A stretch of DNA of 64,000 nt from Oscillospiraceae bacterium. Lineage in GTDB: Bacteria; Bacillota; Clostridia; Oscillospirales; Oscillospiraceae. Both the position numbers and the translations under genes were made by a program. Below are positions 50,395-59,067 of the stretch, piece by piece. The stretch is taken from positions 4,147 to 68,146 of the forward strand of contig CACZPK010000019.1 of assembly GCA_902783035.1 (NCBI GenBank), given 5' to 3'. Every line of letters begins with the position of its first letter. Within the stretch, counting starts at the first letter, position 1. Under the pieces are notes generated by a model. That model made no database searches and was not told the DNA's origin. It was given only the letters and a program-made list of their open reading frames with translations.

Positions 50395-51202
50395 GCGGGG
50401 TCTGCTGTGCGCCGGCGTCTCTCTCTGCCTGACGCTCACGGGCTGCGGCGACAAGCTGCTGGAGCGTTCGTATTCGACGATGGCGCCGCACAGCGCGGCG
50501 TTCTGGGAAAACGAGGACGCGGACACGCTGCGCGCGGAGAATTACCAGGACCTCGTCAACGCGCTGTTGCTGCTGCTGGGCGAGCACAGCGAAGACGGCG
50601 TCGTGCGCATCTACGGCGACGCGCCGAACAAGGCGGCGATGGCGGAAAACGCCTGTGTTGAGGTGCAGAAGGAGACGCCGATCGGCGCGTACCTGCTCGA
50701 TTACATCACCTACGACGGCGTGGCGGAGAGCGGCTGGTACGAGTTGACCGTGCACTTCGGCTACCGCCGCACGGCGGAGGAGCAGGCGGCGATCATCAAT
50801 GCCACAAGCACCGAGGCGCTGCCCGAGGCATTGCGCGCCGCGATCGCGGACGGGCGTGGCTCGCTGGCGCTGCGTGTTGGCTACTTCGACAAGGCGCGCA
50901 CGGACGTCATGGCGCTGGTGCAGGCGGTGCACGACGAGGTCTACCCGCCCCCGGCGGCGGACGCCGAAGCACCGGACACGGAGACGCCGGCGGCAGAAGC
51001 AAACGATGCAGCCGCACCGGAAGCGGCGGAACCGCCCGAAACGGCGCAGGCGGATGCGCCGCCGGACGCGGAAGACAGCGAAGGCAAAGAAGCGGCAGAG
51101 CCTTCGGAGCCTGTCTACGACGTCTCCCCGTGGGAAGTGCTGTTCTACCCCGACTCCGTAAAGCCGGGCATCGTGGAAATCCTCCTGCACGACGCCGCAT
51201 AA
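50375..51202 (+). CDS. Hypothetical lipoprotein with acidic Ala/Pro/Glu-rich insert
   Basis: Lipobox LTGC; host-like codon usage; followed by a terminator. Confidence 0.75.
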   Translation: MRIWAIKRGLLCAGVSLCLTLTGCGDKLLERSYSTMAPHSAAFWENEDADTLRAENYQDLVNALLLLLGEHSEDGVVRIYGDAPNKAAMAENACVEVQKETPIGAYLLDYITYDGVAESGWYELTVHFGYRRTAEEQAAIINATSTEALPEALRAAIADGRGSLALRVGYFDKARTDVMALVQAVHDEVYPPPAADAEAPDTETPAAEANDAAAPEAAEPPETAQADAPPDAEDSEGKEAAEPSEPVYDVSPWEVLFYPDSVKPGIVEILLHDAA

Positions 51203-51214
51203 TAAGAAAGCGAA

Positions 51215-51254
51215 CCCGCGCGCCCCTGCGTTTGCAAGGGGCGCGCGGGCTTTT
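51215..51254 (+). terminator. Intrinsic terminator
   Basis: CCCGCGCGCCCC..GGGGCGCGCGGG-CTTTT. Confidence 0.8.
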
Positions 51255-51259
51255 GTGTC

Positions 51260-51304
51260 GCGGGTTTTTACGCGGCGGGTTTTTACGCGGCGCAGATTTT
51301 TACG
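51260..51304. repeat. Short 15-bp tandem repeat (two exact copies plus one degenerate)
   Basis: GCGGGTTTTTACGCG x2, then GCGCAGATTTTTACG. Confidence 0.8.
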
Positions 51305-51321
51305 TTCTTTGCGGGCATAGG

Positions 51322-51357
51322 AAAAGCGCCCCCGGCGGATGCCGGGGGCGCTTTTTT
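51322..51357. terminator. Terminator of the S-layer gene (bidirectional)
   Basis: AAAAGCGCCCCCGGC-ggat-GCCGGGGGCGCTTTTTT. Confidence 0.88.
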
Positions 51358-51404
51358 CTATGCTTTGTTCCGCATCAGCGGTTCAAAACACGCCGTAGAT
51401 CGGA

Positions 51405-54400
51405 TTAGCCAATCGCGATCATGATGGGCTTGGTGTCGGCCGCGATGCCGTAGGTGCCGGACGTAGCCGTGTCATTGCCGCCGTTGTCGGCCTTCGCGTC
51501 TCCAGTCGTCGTAACTTTGCCGGTCGGGGTCATGACATTTGTATAAGCGCCAACACCATTCTTCGGAGTCTCTTCGAACGTAGCGCCGCCCTTGGCGGTT
51601 ACAGTACCGGTGATAGTGGTATCCTCGGACTTGTTCGTGAACGCGCCCTCGGTAATGACCGTACCGGCCAGGTTAACATTCTGCGCGGAGGCGTTGATGG
51701 TCAGGCTCTTGGTGTGCAGAACCGTGCCCGCGGGAACAACAACCTTGCCGTTCGCGGTGACGTCACCCTGCAGGTCAACCTTAGCACCGGTCTGGAGGAC
51801 CAGGGAGTTGCCGTTGATGATCGTCGTGCCCGCAACGGTCAGCTTGCCAGCCGCGTTGAGCGTGCCGTTGATCGTCAGAGCGCCGCCAACGAAAACACGC
51901 GCGGTACCGGCGCCGGCACCGACCGTCAGGGTCGCACCGGTGTTGACCGTCAGGTTGCCGGCGACGCCGACAGTGCGGCCATCGGGGATGTTAAGGCTGG
52001 AGTCGATAACCGCATTACCGGTCACGTTCACGGTGGTGACACCAGCGGTAGCAAACGCGTTGGCGATCGCGGTGGAGACGTTACCACCGGCGAGCGTGAG
52101 GCCGGCGCAAGTCTGCGCGGTCACATAGAGTTCCTGGATCTCGGTGCTGCCGCTGTTCTCGGAATCGGTCAGGCGAGCCTGCATCCAGTAGGTCAGGCTG
52201 GGATAATCCTTGACGCGCGCCACGAGGGTGCTGGCGTTCATCGGGATGACCTCACGATCATCGCCCTTATCGTCCATGATCGCCTTCGCGTCGCTGGTGA
52301 TAACGAGCGTGATCTTGGCATCCTTCGCCAGCGTGAAGTTGCCATTCGCGATGGTCAGAGTGTTGTTGCTGTAAGAGATCGGGTCAGCAAGCTGAGTCGT
52401 GGTTACAGACGAAATGTACTTGCCATTCGCATAGAAGTCACCAGCGCCGGGCACAGCAGGAGCGACGACGGCCGCATTAGGCAGGATGCCACCCGTAGCA
52501 GTACCGCTGATCGTGGTGCCGCTGGTGATCTCGCCGTCAGAGTTCTTGCTGACCTTGTAGAGCGCTTGAGCGCCAGCGCTCTCGGGAGTGGCGACAGGAG
52601 CCGGGATGGTCGCGTTGACCGTGCCAATCTTGCCATTCTCGTCAATGATGCGCCACTTGTAGCCCAGCTCGTTGTTGCTTCTGCGATACTGACCCTCGTT
52701 GCCGAAGACGTACAGCAGAGCCTGGTTGGAGCCATCCTCGATCTGTGCAGCACCATCGGCGGCGACGAAGATGCATTTGGCATACATATCGCTCGTGGTA
52801 TAGACCGCCATGATGAAGGCATTGTCGCCCGCACCGGTGGTGACCTTCGGGGAATTGGCAGTGCCAAGATACGACGTGACGTCACCCGTAGTCTCGTTAT
52901 AGGAGATGTAGACGGTCTTGGAATTGGTCTTGATGGTGTTCGCCGCAGCGCCAGTGGACACACGGATGTTCGTGCCGATCGCGCCGGTCGGAGCGGTGGC
53001 AGGCGTAGCCGCGACGGTGTCGCCCGGCTTGGTGCCGGCAACAGCACCATTATCAGTACCGACGACCGCTGTAGTGTTGCCGCTATTGATCGAAAAGACC
53101 TTGTTGTCGTCCATAACGATCGCAGCCGCGGCAGCGTTTCTGTAGAACGCAGCCTGACGCTTGGTATTGTCGGGCATGTACAGGTTGTACTTGCTGCCGT
53201 CCTTGCTGAAGGTGTACCAACCGGCGAAGGAGTCATCCACCGTAGTGTTCTTGGCGCCGGTATCGTCCATCTTCGTGGTGTACTTAACGCCCGCAGCATT
53301 TGCCACAGCGTTCGAAACACCACCGGTGATTTCCTTGGAAGCGGTGCTGTAAACCTTATCGATGGTGATCTCACCCTTGGTGCCGTCGGTGAAGAAAGCA
53401 CTGGCGACGAGGTCATTGCCCAGGCCGCTGGAGGAGCCGAACTTGCTGATGAAGACGTAGTTCGGGTTCACGACTGCCTCATCAATTGCAATGATGTAGC
53501 CATACTTGTCGAGCACGACGGTGGTCTCCTGACCAACGGCAAACTCGGTGGACTTGACCTTGTCGCCGTTCACCACAGTGGCGTCGCCGGACTTCTGGGT
53601 CTTCTTGGAATACTTGTACTCGGTACCGTCGAGGGTGATGTTGTCCTCGATCTTGATGGCGTCGACCTTACCGGTCAGCTTCTCCGCCTTGGCAACGGAC
53701 TGGATGGTCTTGTTGCCGCCGGCGGTGTGATCCGGAGAGGCGACGGTCACGAGAACGTAATCGTCCTGCTTGTACTCCTCAACCTCGGGGAAGGACTTGG
53801 AGTTGATGTTGACCTCATTGGCCGCGAGGGTGGTCATCAGGTCAACGGTGTCGCCGACCGGCTCGACATAAAGCAGGCCGTTGCTCTTGTTGAAGTCGGC
53901 GGACGCCTTGTAGACGTAGGTGTGATAGGTGACGACCGTGACGTTGTTGTCCTCGTCCTGGAAGACCTCGGTCACGGAGCCGTTGCCGCTGTTGTTGACC
54001 GTGTTGCTGTCAACGCGGTTGATGACGTTGGTCAGGTTCGCGGCGGTGGCAGCAGTGCCGTTCTTGCCGTAAACGTTGCCGGCACCACCGAGCTGAACGC
54101 CATCCTCATAAACGGCGATCCAGGTGTTGCCGTCCATGATGCTGTCATAGGTGGACTTGCCGAGGAGGTCATAGATATTCTTCGCGGTGACCTTCTTGGT
54201 GTAGGTCTGGAGCAGCTCCGCGGCGTCGACATAAGTGCCGATGTCGAGGTTCTTGTAGGTCCAGTGGTTGACCGGCTGGCCCAGGTCGTTGTTGTTGCTG
54301 ATGTTAGCATTGCCGACCAGGCGCAGGTCACGATAGTACTCTTCGCCGAATTCCACCATCGCCTGCGGGTTGTTGCCGTTGATGGAGGCCGTCTTGCTGC

Positions 54401-55097
54401 TGATGTTGTTGCGATAAGCAGCCTGGGTGACGACGGGGTAAGAGTTGCTGCTGCCGACGACGATCGTGCTGCCGTTGCCGTTGTCAACGCGCACGTTGTT
54501 GTCATACTCGACCAGCGGGGTCTTCAGGGTGTTGAAGGCATACAGAGCAGCCTCTTCACGATTGACAGCTGCGCTCGGGGCAGCGGCGTCGTTGCCCTTG
54601 AACAGGTCGATCTTGTTGGCGATCTTCTGGGTGTTGATGCTCCAGTCAGAGCCGACGAGGCCCTCGACGTCGACATCATAGCCGAGCGCGACGAGCAGCA
54701 TCTTGGCGAACTGGGTGGTGGTCAGCTGGCCGTCCGGATCGAACTTGCCGCCGCCCACGCCGCTGAGAACCTTCTCAGCCGCCAGGTACTCGATGTAGCC
54801 GGCAGCCCAGTGGCTGGCGGGCACGTCGGTGAACTTGCTGCCGGTGCCGGTCAGGCCTTCAGCAGCGTTGTTGCCAAGGAGCAGGTAAGCAATGATCTTG
54901 GCGCCTTCGGAACGCTTCAGGGTGTCGCCGGGACGGAAACCGTTCTCGTCGCCCTTGAGCACGCCGATGGCGGACATGACGTCAACTGCTTCTTTGTAGT
55001 TGATCTTGTCGGCGTCCGAATAATCGGTCGCAGCGTTGGTGCCGACGGTGGCAAGACCCAGGGTCATGACGAGCGCCAGAACCAACGCGAGTAACTT
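51405..55097 (-). CDS. S-layer protein with N-terminal SLH domains, 5'-truncated (no start codon or RBS; silent cassette)
   Basis: Frame reads KLLALVLALVMTLGLATVGTNA-A, then three SLH repeats (LKRSE, LTTTQ, VNREE) and ~1200 aa rich in Thr/Asn/Gly/Ala. No in-frame ATG or SD lies upstream of the signal peptide. Confidence 0.88.
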   Translation of the reverse strand, partial: KLLALVLALVMTLGLATVGTNAATDYSDADKINYKEAVDVMSAIGVLKGDENGFRPGDTLKRSEGAKIIAYLLLGNNAAEGLTGTGSKFTDVPASHWAAGYIEYLAAEKVLSGVGGGKFDPDGQLTTTQFAKMLLVALGYDVDVEGLVGSDWSINTQKIANKIDLFKGNDAAAPSAAVNREEAALYAFNTLKTPLVEYDNNVRVDNGNGSTIVVGSSNSYPVVTQAAYRNNISSKTASINGNNPQAMVEFGEEYYRDLRLVGNANISNNNDLGQPVNHWTYKNLDIGTYVDAAELLQTYTKKVTAKNIYDLLGKSTYDSIMDGNTWIAVYEDGVQLGGAGNVYGKNGTAATAANLTNVINRVDSNTVNNSGNGSVTEVFQDEDNNVTVVTYHTYVYKASADFNKSNGLLYVEPVGDTVDLMTTLAANEVNINSKSFPEVEEYKQDDYVLVTVASPDHTAGGNKTIQSVAKAEKLTGKVDAIKIEDNITLDGTEYKYSKKTQKSGDATVVNGDKVKSTEFAVGQETTVVLDKYGYIIAIDEAVVNPNYVFISKFGSSSGLGNDLVASAFFTDGTKGEITIDKVYSTASKEITGGVSNAVANAAGVKYTTKMDDTGAKNTTVDDSFAGWYTFSKDGSKYNLYMPDNTKRQAAFYRNAAAAAIVMDDNKVFSINSGNTTAVVGTDNGAVAGTKPGDTVAATPATAPTGAIGTNIRVSTGAAANTIKTNSKTVYISYNETTGDVTSYLGTANSPKVTTGAGDNAFIMAVYTTSDMYAKCIFVAADGAAQIEDGSNQALLYVFGNEGQYRRSNNELGYKWRIIDENGKIGTVNATIPAPVATPESAGAQALYKVSKNSDGEITSGTTISGTATGGILPNAAVVAPAVPGAGDFYANGKYISSVTTTQLADPISYSNNTLTIANGNFTLAKDAKITLVITSDAKAIMDDKGDDREVIPMNASTLVARVKDYPSLTYWMQARLTDSENSGSTEIQELYVTAQTCAGLTLAGGNVSTAIANAFATAGVTTVNVTGNAVIDSSLNIPDGRTVGVAGNLTVNTGATLTVGAGAGTARVFVGGALTINGTLNAAGKLTVAGTTIINGNSLVLQTGAKVDLQGDVTANGKVVVPAGTVLHTKSLTINASAQNVNLAGTVITEGAFTNKSEDTTITGTVTAKGGATFEETPKNGVGAYTNVMTPTGKVTTTGDAKADNGGNDTATSGTYGIAADTKPIMIAIG

Positions 55098-55115
55098 TGT
55101 TTTTGCAAGGCAAGC

Positions 55116-56810
55116 TCACATGGGAACCGCCCCGGCCATCCCCGTCTCCACGCGGATCGTAACGCCTGCCTTGAAATGTACGTCAAAGCCTTCGTCCGTG
55201 ACAGTGATGCCGGTAATATAGCGGATTACCAAACTGTCGTCAAAGCGCACCATGCGCCCTGCTTTGTCCACCACACCGGCCGGCAAAGCATATCGCGTGC
55301 GGCGAAAGAATTCCGCATAGTCCCGGCAGGCGGGCGCGTACGGCCCGGCATCCGCGCCCCCGCCGCCCGCAGCCATGTTTTCCAGAAGCTCCAGCGTCAG
55401 CCTGATGTCCAGCACGCGACGGCAGCGCTCCGCACGTTCCAGCGCCAGCGCGATCCGGTCTTCCTGCAGCCGCTCCAACTCTTCCCGCAGGTGTTGACAT
55501 GCCGGGCTGGGTTCCGCTTCCGGCCGCTCCAGATGCGTTTCGATATCCTCCTGCGCTGCGCGGACGGTGTCGAGCCGCGCGTCAATGCGTACCAGCTCCG
55601 TGCGCAGGATCTGATCCTCTGTCCGCTCAAGTGCGCCGCGGTGCGCCGCGAGCCGCTTGAACGCCTCCACCACTGCTGCACGCGCCTGCGATTCCGGCAC
55701 AAAACGGCAGCCGCACGCACTGCGGATGTCACGCTGATGTGCCTTTTGCATTCCCGCGCGCCGACGGCAGCGCCAGTCCGTTTCCCGCCCGTCCTGCTTG
55801 GTGAAGCGTTTGAGCACGTTGCCGCATTTTCCGCAGATGAGCCGCCCGGACAGTGCCATCACCGAGCCGAAACGCAGCTTTGACGGGTCGTTTTTCAGTG
55901 CGCCCCGGCGCAAAAGCTCGCCCTGCACCTGAAAGTACACGGGTTTGGGGATGATGGGATCATGGTCGTCCTCGACGAAATACTGCGGAAATTGTCCGGT
56001 GTTTTTGGCGATGCGATGGGTCAGAAAATCCACTGTATAGTATTTTTGCAGCAGCAGGTCTCCGCAGTATTTCTCGTTGGCGAGGATGCTGGCAACCGTG
56101 GACTGGTACCACTTCGCGCCGCCGCGCGGCGCGGCAACGCCGTCTGCGCTCAGGCGTTTTGCAATCATCTCGGGGCTGAAGCCGTCCAGATACTCGCGGT
56201 AAATGCGCCGGACTGTCTCGGCTTCGCCCGGCACGATTACGAGCTTGCCGTTCTCCTTCGTCAATCCGAGAAAACGCGTCGTATCCAGCCGTCCCTTGCC
56301 TTCCTGCATGCGGTACTGGATACCGAGGCGGACATTCTGGCTGATGCTCTGGCTCTCCTGCTGGGCAATGCTCGCCATGATCGTCAGGAGCAGTTCGCCG
56401 CGGGCGTCCATGGTGTTGATGTTTTCTTTTTCAAACAGGATCGGTATGCCCAGCGCTTTCAGCTTGCGAATGTAGGTCAGGCAGTCCAGCGTGTTGCGGG
56501 CAAAGCGACTGATTGATTTGGTGATGACCATGTCGATCTCCCCCGCCTCGCAGGCGGCGATCATCTCGTTGAAACGCGTCCGCCCTTTCGTCGACGTGCC
56601 GCTGATCCCCTCATCGGCAAAAATGCCCGCCGGTTCCCAGTCGGGATTGGAAAGAATATAGGCGGTATAATGGCTGCATTGTACCTCATAGGAGCTTTCC
56701 TGCTCCTCCATGTCCGTCGATACGCGGCAGTATGCCGCCACGCGCAGCTTGCGCGCCGCTGTGACCGTCGTTGTCTGCGGTCTCGTCGCTTTGATCACTC
56801 TTACACCCAT
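55116..56810 (-). CDS. Large serine recombinase
   Basis: AYCRVST catalytic Ser, ADEGISGT, TKSISRFARN, QESQSISQN, recombinase domain, Zn ribbon CGKC..C..C; GGGAGGAG RBS. Confidence 0.95.
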   Translation of the reverse strand: MGVRVIKATRPQTTTVTAARKLRVAAYCRVSTDMEEQESSYEVQCSHYTAYILSNPDWEPAGIFADEGISGTSTKGRTRFNEMIAACEAGEIDMVITKSISRFARNTLDCLTYIRKLKALGIPILFEKENINTMDARGELLLTIMASIAQQESQSISQNVRLGIQYRMQEGKGRLDTTRFLGLTKENGKLVIVPGEAETVRRIYREYLDGFSPEMIAKRLSADGVAAPRGGAKWYQSTVASILANEKYCGDLLLQKYYTVDFLTHRIAKNTGQFPQYFVEDDHDPIIPKPVYFQVQGELLRRGALKNDPSKLRFGSVMALSGRLICGKCGNVLKRFTKQDGRETDWRCRRRAGMQKAHQRDIRSACGCRFVPESQARAAVVEAFKRLAAHRGALERTEDQILRTELVRIDARLDTVRAAQEDIETHLERPEAEPSPACQHLREELERLQEDRIALALERAERCRRVLDIRLTLELLENMAAGGGGADAGPYAPACRDYAEFFRRTRYALPAGVVDKAGRMVRFDDSLVIRYITGITVTDEGFDVHFKAGVTIRVETGMAGAVPM

Positions 56811-56832
56811 ATGTAATCTCCTCCCTGTGCGG

Positions 56833-57261
56833 TCAACTTTCAAAGCACTGGATCCCGGCATACAGCCACGCCGCGTATTCATTTGGCTCCATTTCCGGGA
56901 TCGGCTTCGGCGGAGCGGTGTGAGGCGCTGCGATGAACCTCGTTTGGATTGGCAGCTCCGGGATCCGCCAGCCGGTTTTCCCGACAAGGTGTTTTCCGCG
57001 GCGCTCCACTTCAGCCTCCGCCCGGCGCAGCAGATCTTCGCACAGGATCGCCGGGAAGCGGTTGTTGCCGAGATATACGTGGTTGACGAGCATGGCACGG
57101 CAACCTTTGTCGCCCATCGGGATACCGGCGGCAAGCCGGGACGCGTGAATGGACAGGCCGGACAGGTAATGGTCAAACAATGCTTGGAGGCGCTCCGCCT
57201 GCGCCTTGTCAACTGTGATTTTGCCCTGTATGAGGCAATATCCGAACGGCAGTTTTCTCAT
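56833..57261 (-). CDS. Small recombinase-domain accessory protein (no catalytic domain)
   Basis: MRKLPFGY..LFDHYLSG..MLVNHVYLG..FPAIL, the DNA-binding recombinase-domain pattern; ATGA-coupled to the upstream recombinase. Confidence 0.8.
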   Translation of the reverse strand: MRKLPFGYCLIQGKITVDKAQAERLQALFDHYLSGLSIHASRLAAGIPMGDKGCRAMLVNHVYLGNNRFPAILCEDLLRRAEAEVERRGKHLVGKTGWRIPELPIQTRFIAAPHTAPPKPIPEMEPNEYAAWLYAGIQCFES

Positions 57262-58787
57262 GCCTTTTGATCTCCTGTTTTCTCTTTTTTTGTTGCGCGG
57301 TTTGTAATGTCTTCCGTCAGTGTCAGGCCGCAGGCAAAGCAAAATGTTGCCGAGGAACCGGATACCAGACGCACCTGTGATACAAGATTCGGAAAAGCCT
57401 CGTCCGGGAAATCCGCCACATCTCCCGTGATCCGCCACGTTTCAACAAAGGCGCGCAGCCGCTCGGCCTGTTCCGTGCAGCAGTGCAGCCGATCCGCTTC
57501 CCGGCGCAGGCGCTCTTCCCCTGCGAGCAGCGCGCGGCAACGATCGTGATACTGCGCGGTGTTGTGGCCCGCCATAGCCTCGGCTGCCAGCGCAGCCCGT
57601 TCCATGCGGCTGCGTTCCTGTGCCGCCGCGATCGCCGCTGCATCCCCTTTTCCAATTTCCTGTGCCGCGATGTGGGCAATATATCCGTTTAGGATTCCGC
57701 CTTGCGTATACTGCTGCGAAAAAGCGAGCTTGTTCAGGAGGGTTAAAAATGCGGCGCGGATCGTGCTCTCCCGCTCCGGCTTGCTGTGGCAATATGCACT
57801 GTGCCTGCGAGCGGATGCGCATACAAATGTGTGCGCACCCTTGGACTGCCGGCGGAACATCGGGCACCCACACACGGCACAAACGACACGCCCGCACAGC
57901 GGATGCCCGGTTCGGGCATGACAGGGTATCTGCTCAAAGACGGATGCGGCCAGTGCAAAGGTCTTCCGGTCCACGATCGGCTCATGGTGATTTTCGTGAT
58001 AATACCGGTCCAGCATACCCCGGTTGAGCCGCTGGCAGAACCGCTCGTCCGTATAGGTCTTCTGGCAGAGCAGGTCACCCATATAGACGGGGTTATTTAC
58101 GATCGAACGGATCTGGGTATAGCTCCATGCAGCGCCGCGCCGGGTGGCAACGCGGCTTTCGTTTAAACCGGCGGCTATGACGTGGGGCGGGGTTCCGTTG
58201 ATCAGTCCTTCAAAAATACTTCTTACCACGGCTGCCTCTTCCGGCTCGATTGCGAGCCTGCCGTCGGACTTCCGATAGCCGAAGGGTGCAACAGAGGGTT
58301 GATATGAACCGCTGGCAAAGCGCTTGCGAATACCCCATTTCAGGTTTTCGGAGATGGAACGGCTCTCTTCCTCCGCAAAGCAGGCCAGGATGCTCAGCAT
58401 CAGTTCCCCGTCGGCGGAACCGGTGCGAATGTTTTCTTTCTCAAAAACGATGTGTACGCCGAATGTGAGCAGCGTTCGTGCCAGTTCCAGACAATCGGTG
58501 GTGTTTCTTGCAAGGCGGCTGACCGACTTGGTGAGGACCAGATCGATCTTTCCCGCCTTGCAGTCCGAAACCATCCGCTGCAGCGATATCCTGCCATTCC
58601 GGCTCACGCCGCTTACGCCCGAGTCGGCATAGATACCGGCCAGTTCCCGGGTCGGAGCGTTGAGGACGGTGTTGCGGCCGTGATTTTGCTGGGAGATTGC
58701 AGAGAGCCGCTGCGACGGCAGGACTGTGGACACCCGGCAGTAGACGGCGACTCGTTGTTTTTCGCTTTGTGCAATGTTTTGGTTCAT
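57258..58787 (-). CDS. Large serine recombinase
   Basis: VYCRVST, ADSGVSG, TKSVSRLARN, EESRSISEN, PFGY, NPVYMG, Zn ribbon CAVC..C..C. Confidence 0.93.
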   Translation of the reverse strand: MNQNIAQSEKQRVAVYCRVSTVLPSQRLSAISQQNHGRNTVLNAPTRELAGIYADSGVSGVSRNGRISLQRMVSDCKAGKIDLVLTKSVSRLARNTTDCLELARTLLTFGVHIVFEKENIRTGSADGELMLSILACFAEEESRSISENLKWGIRKRFASGSYQPSVAPFGYRKSDGRLAIEPEEAAVVRSIFEGLINGTPPHVIAAGLNESRVATRRGAAWSYTQIRSIVNNPVYMGDLLCQKTYTDERFCQRLNRGMLDRYYHENHHEPIVDRKTFALAASVFEQIPCHARTGHPLCGRVVCAVCGCPMFRRQSKGAHTFVCASARRHSAYCHSKPERESTIRAAFLTLLNKLAFSQQYTQGGILNGYIAHIAAQEIGKGDAAAIAAAQERSRMERAALAAEAMAGHNTAQYHDRCRALLAGEERLRREADRLHCCTEQAERLRAFVETWRITGDVADFPDEAFPNLVSQVRLVSGSSATFCFACGLTLTEDITNRATKKEKTGDQKA

Positions 58788-58899
58788 TCTCGGCTCCATG
58801 CGACGCCGAACAAGCGGTGCGCAAACTCGTATTGCACGCATACACTGCAAAATGTGACAAAGAATGCCTCGTTTCGCCGGCATATGCGCATTATGCCAC

Positions 58900-58928
58900 A
58901 GTATACGGCATGCGGCTTCCATCGGCAA
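58900..58928 (-). promoter_or_regulatory. Sigma-A promoter of the recombinase operon
   Basis: Minus strand TTGCCG-17 nt-TATACT. Confidence 0.6.
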
Positions 58929-58964
58929 GGCAAAGTCTTTCCGGAGAGGCAGTGTCTTTTGGAC

Positions 58965-59013
58965 AAAAAAAGTCCCCTGTTCCGAACGGGTAATTCGAAA
59001 CAGGGAACACTTT
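58965..59013 (-). terminator. Terminator after the AEC transporter
   Basis: Minus strand AAAGTGTTCCCTGTTTCGAA..TTCGGAACAGGGGAC-T7. Confidence 0.8.
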
Positions 59014-59067
59014 GTTTTGCGGCCCGACAGGTTTTGTCGAATTGCCTCTGTGGATTTGACCGCCGCG

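Larger units (their letters stand above)
55098..58960 (-). mobile_element. Serine-recombinase triplet module; left junction inside the S-layer signal-peptide sequence, right boundary uncertain
   Basis: LSR, small recombinase domain, LSR operon; codon style differs from the flanks; abrupt junction near 55097. Confidence 0.55.

Noticed and set aside
55083-55085. TTG 55085 as the true S-layer start
   Set aside because: No Shine-Dalgarno, and it would drop the basic residue and first hydrophobic residues (KLLA) encoded in frame upstream.
51714-55094. 1126-aa plus-strand ORF antisense to the S-layer gene
   Set aside because: Shadow frame produced by strong codon bias of the real gene; no RBS or recognisable motifs.
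55116-55118. Selenocysteine or read-through fusion of recombinase and S-layer
   Set aside because: No SECIS-like hairpin recognised; a buried signal peptide would be non-functional; the frame match is a 1-in-3 chance.
55116-58787. Prophage or conjugative element
   Set aside because: No structural, replication, relaxase or T4SS genes in the window; a larger element extending to the right cannot be excluded.
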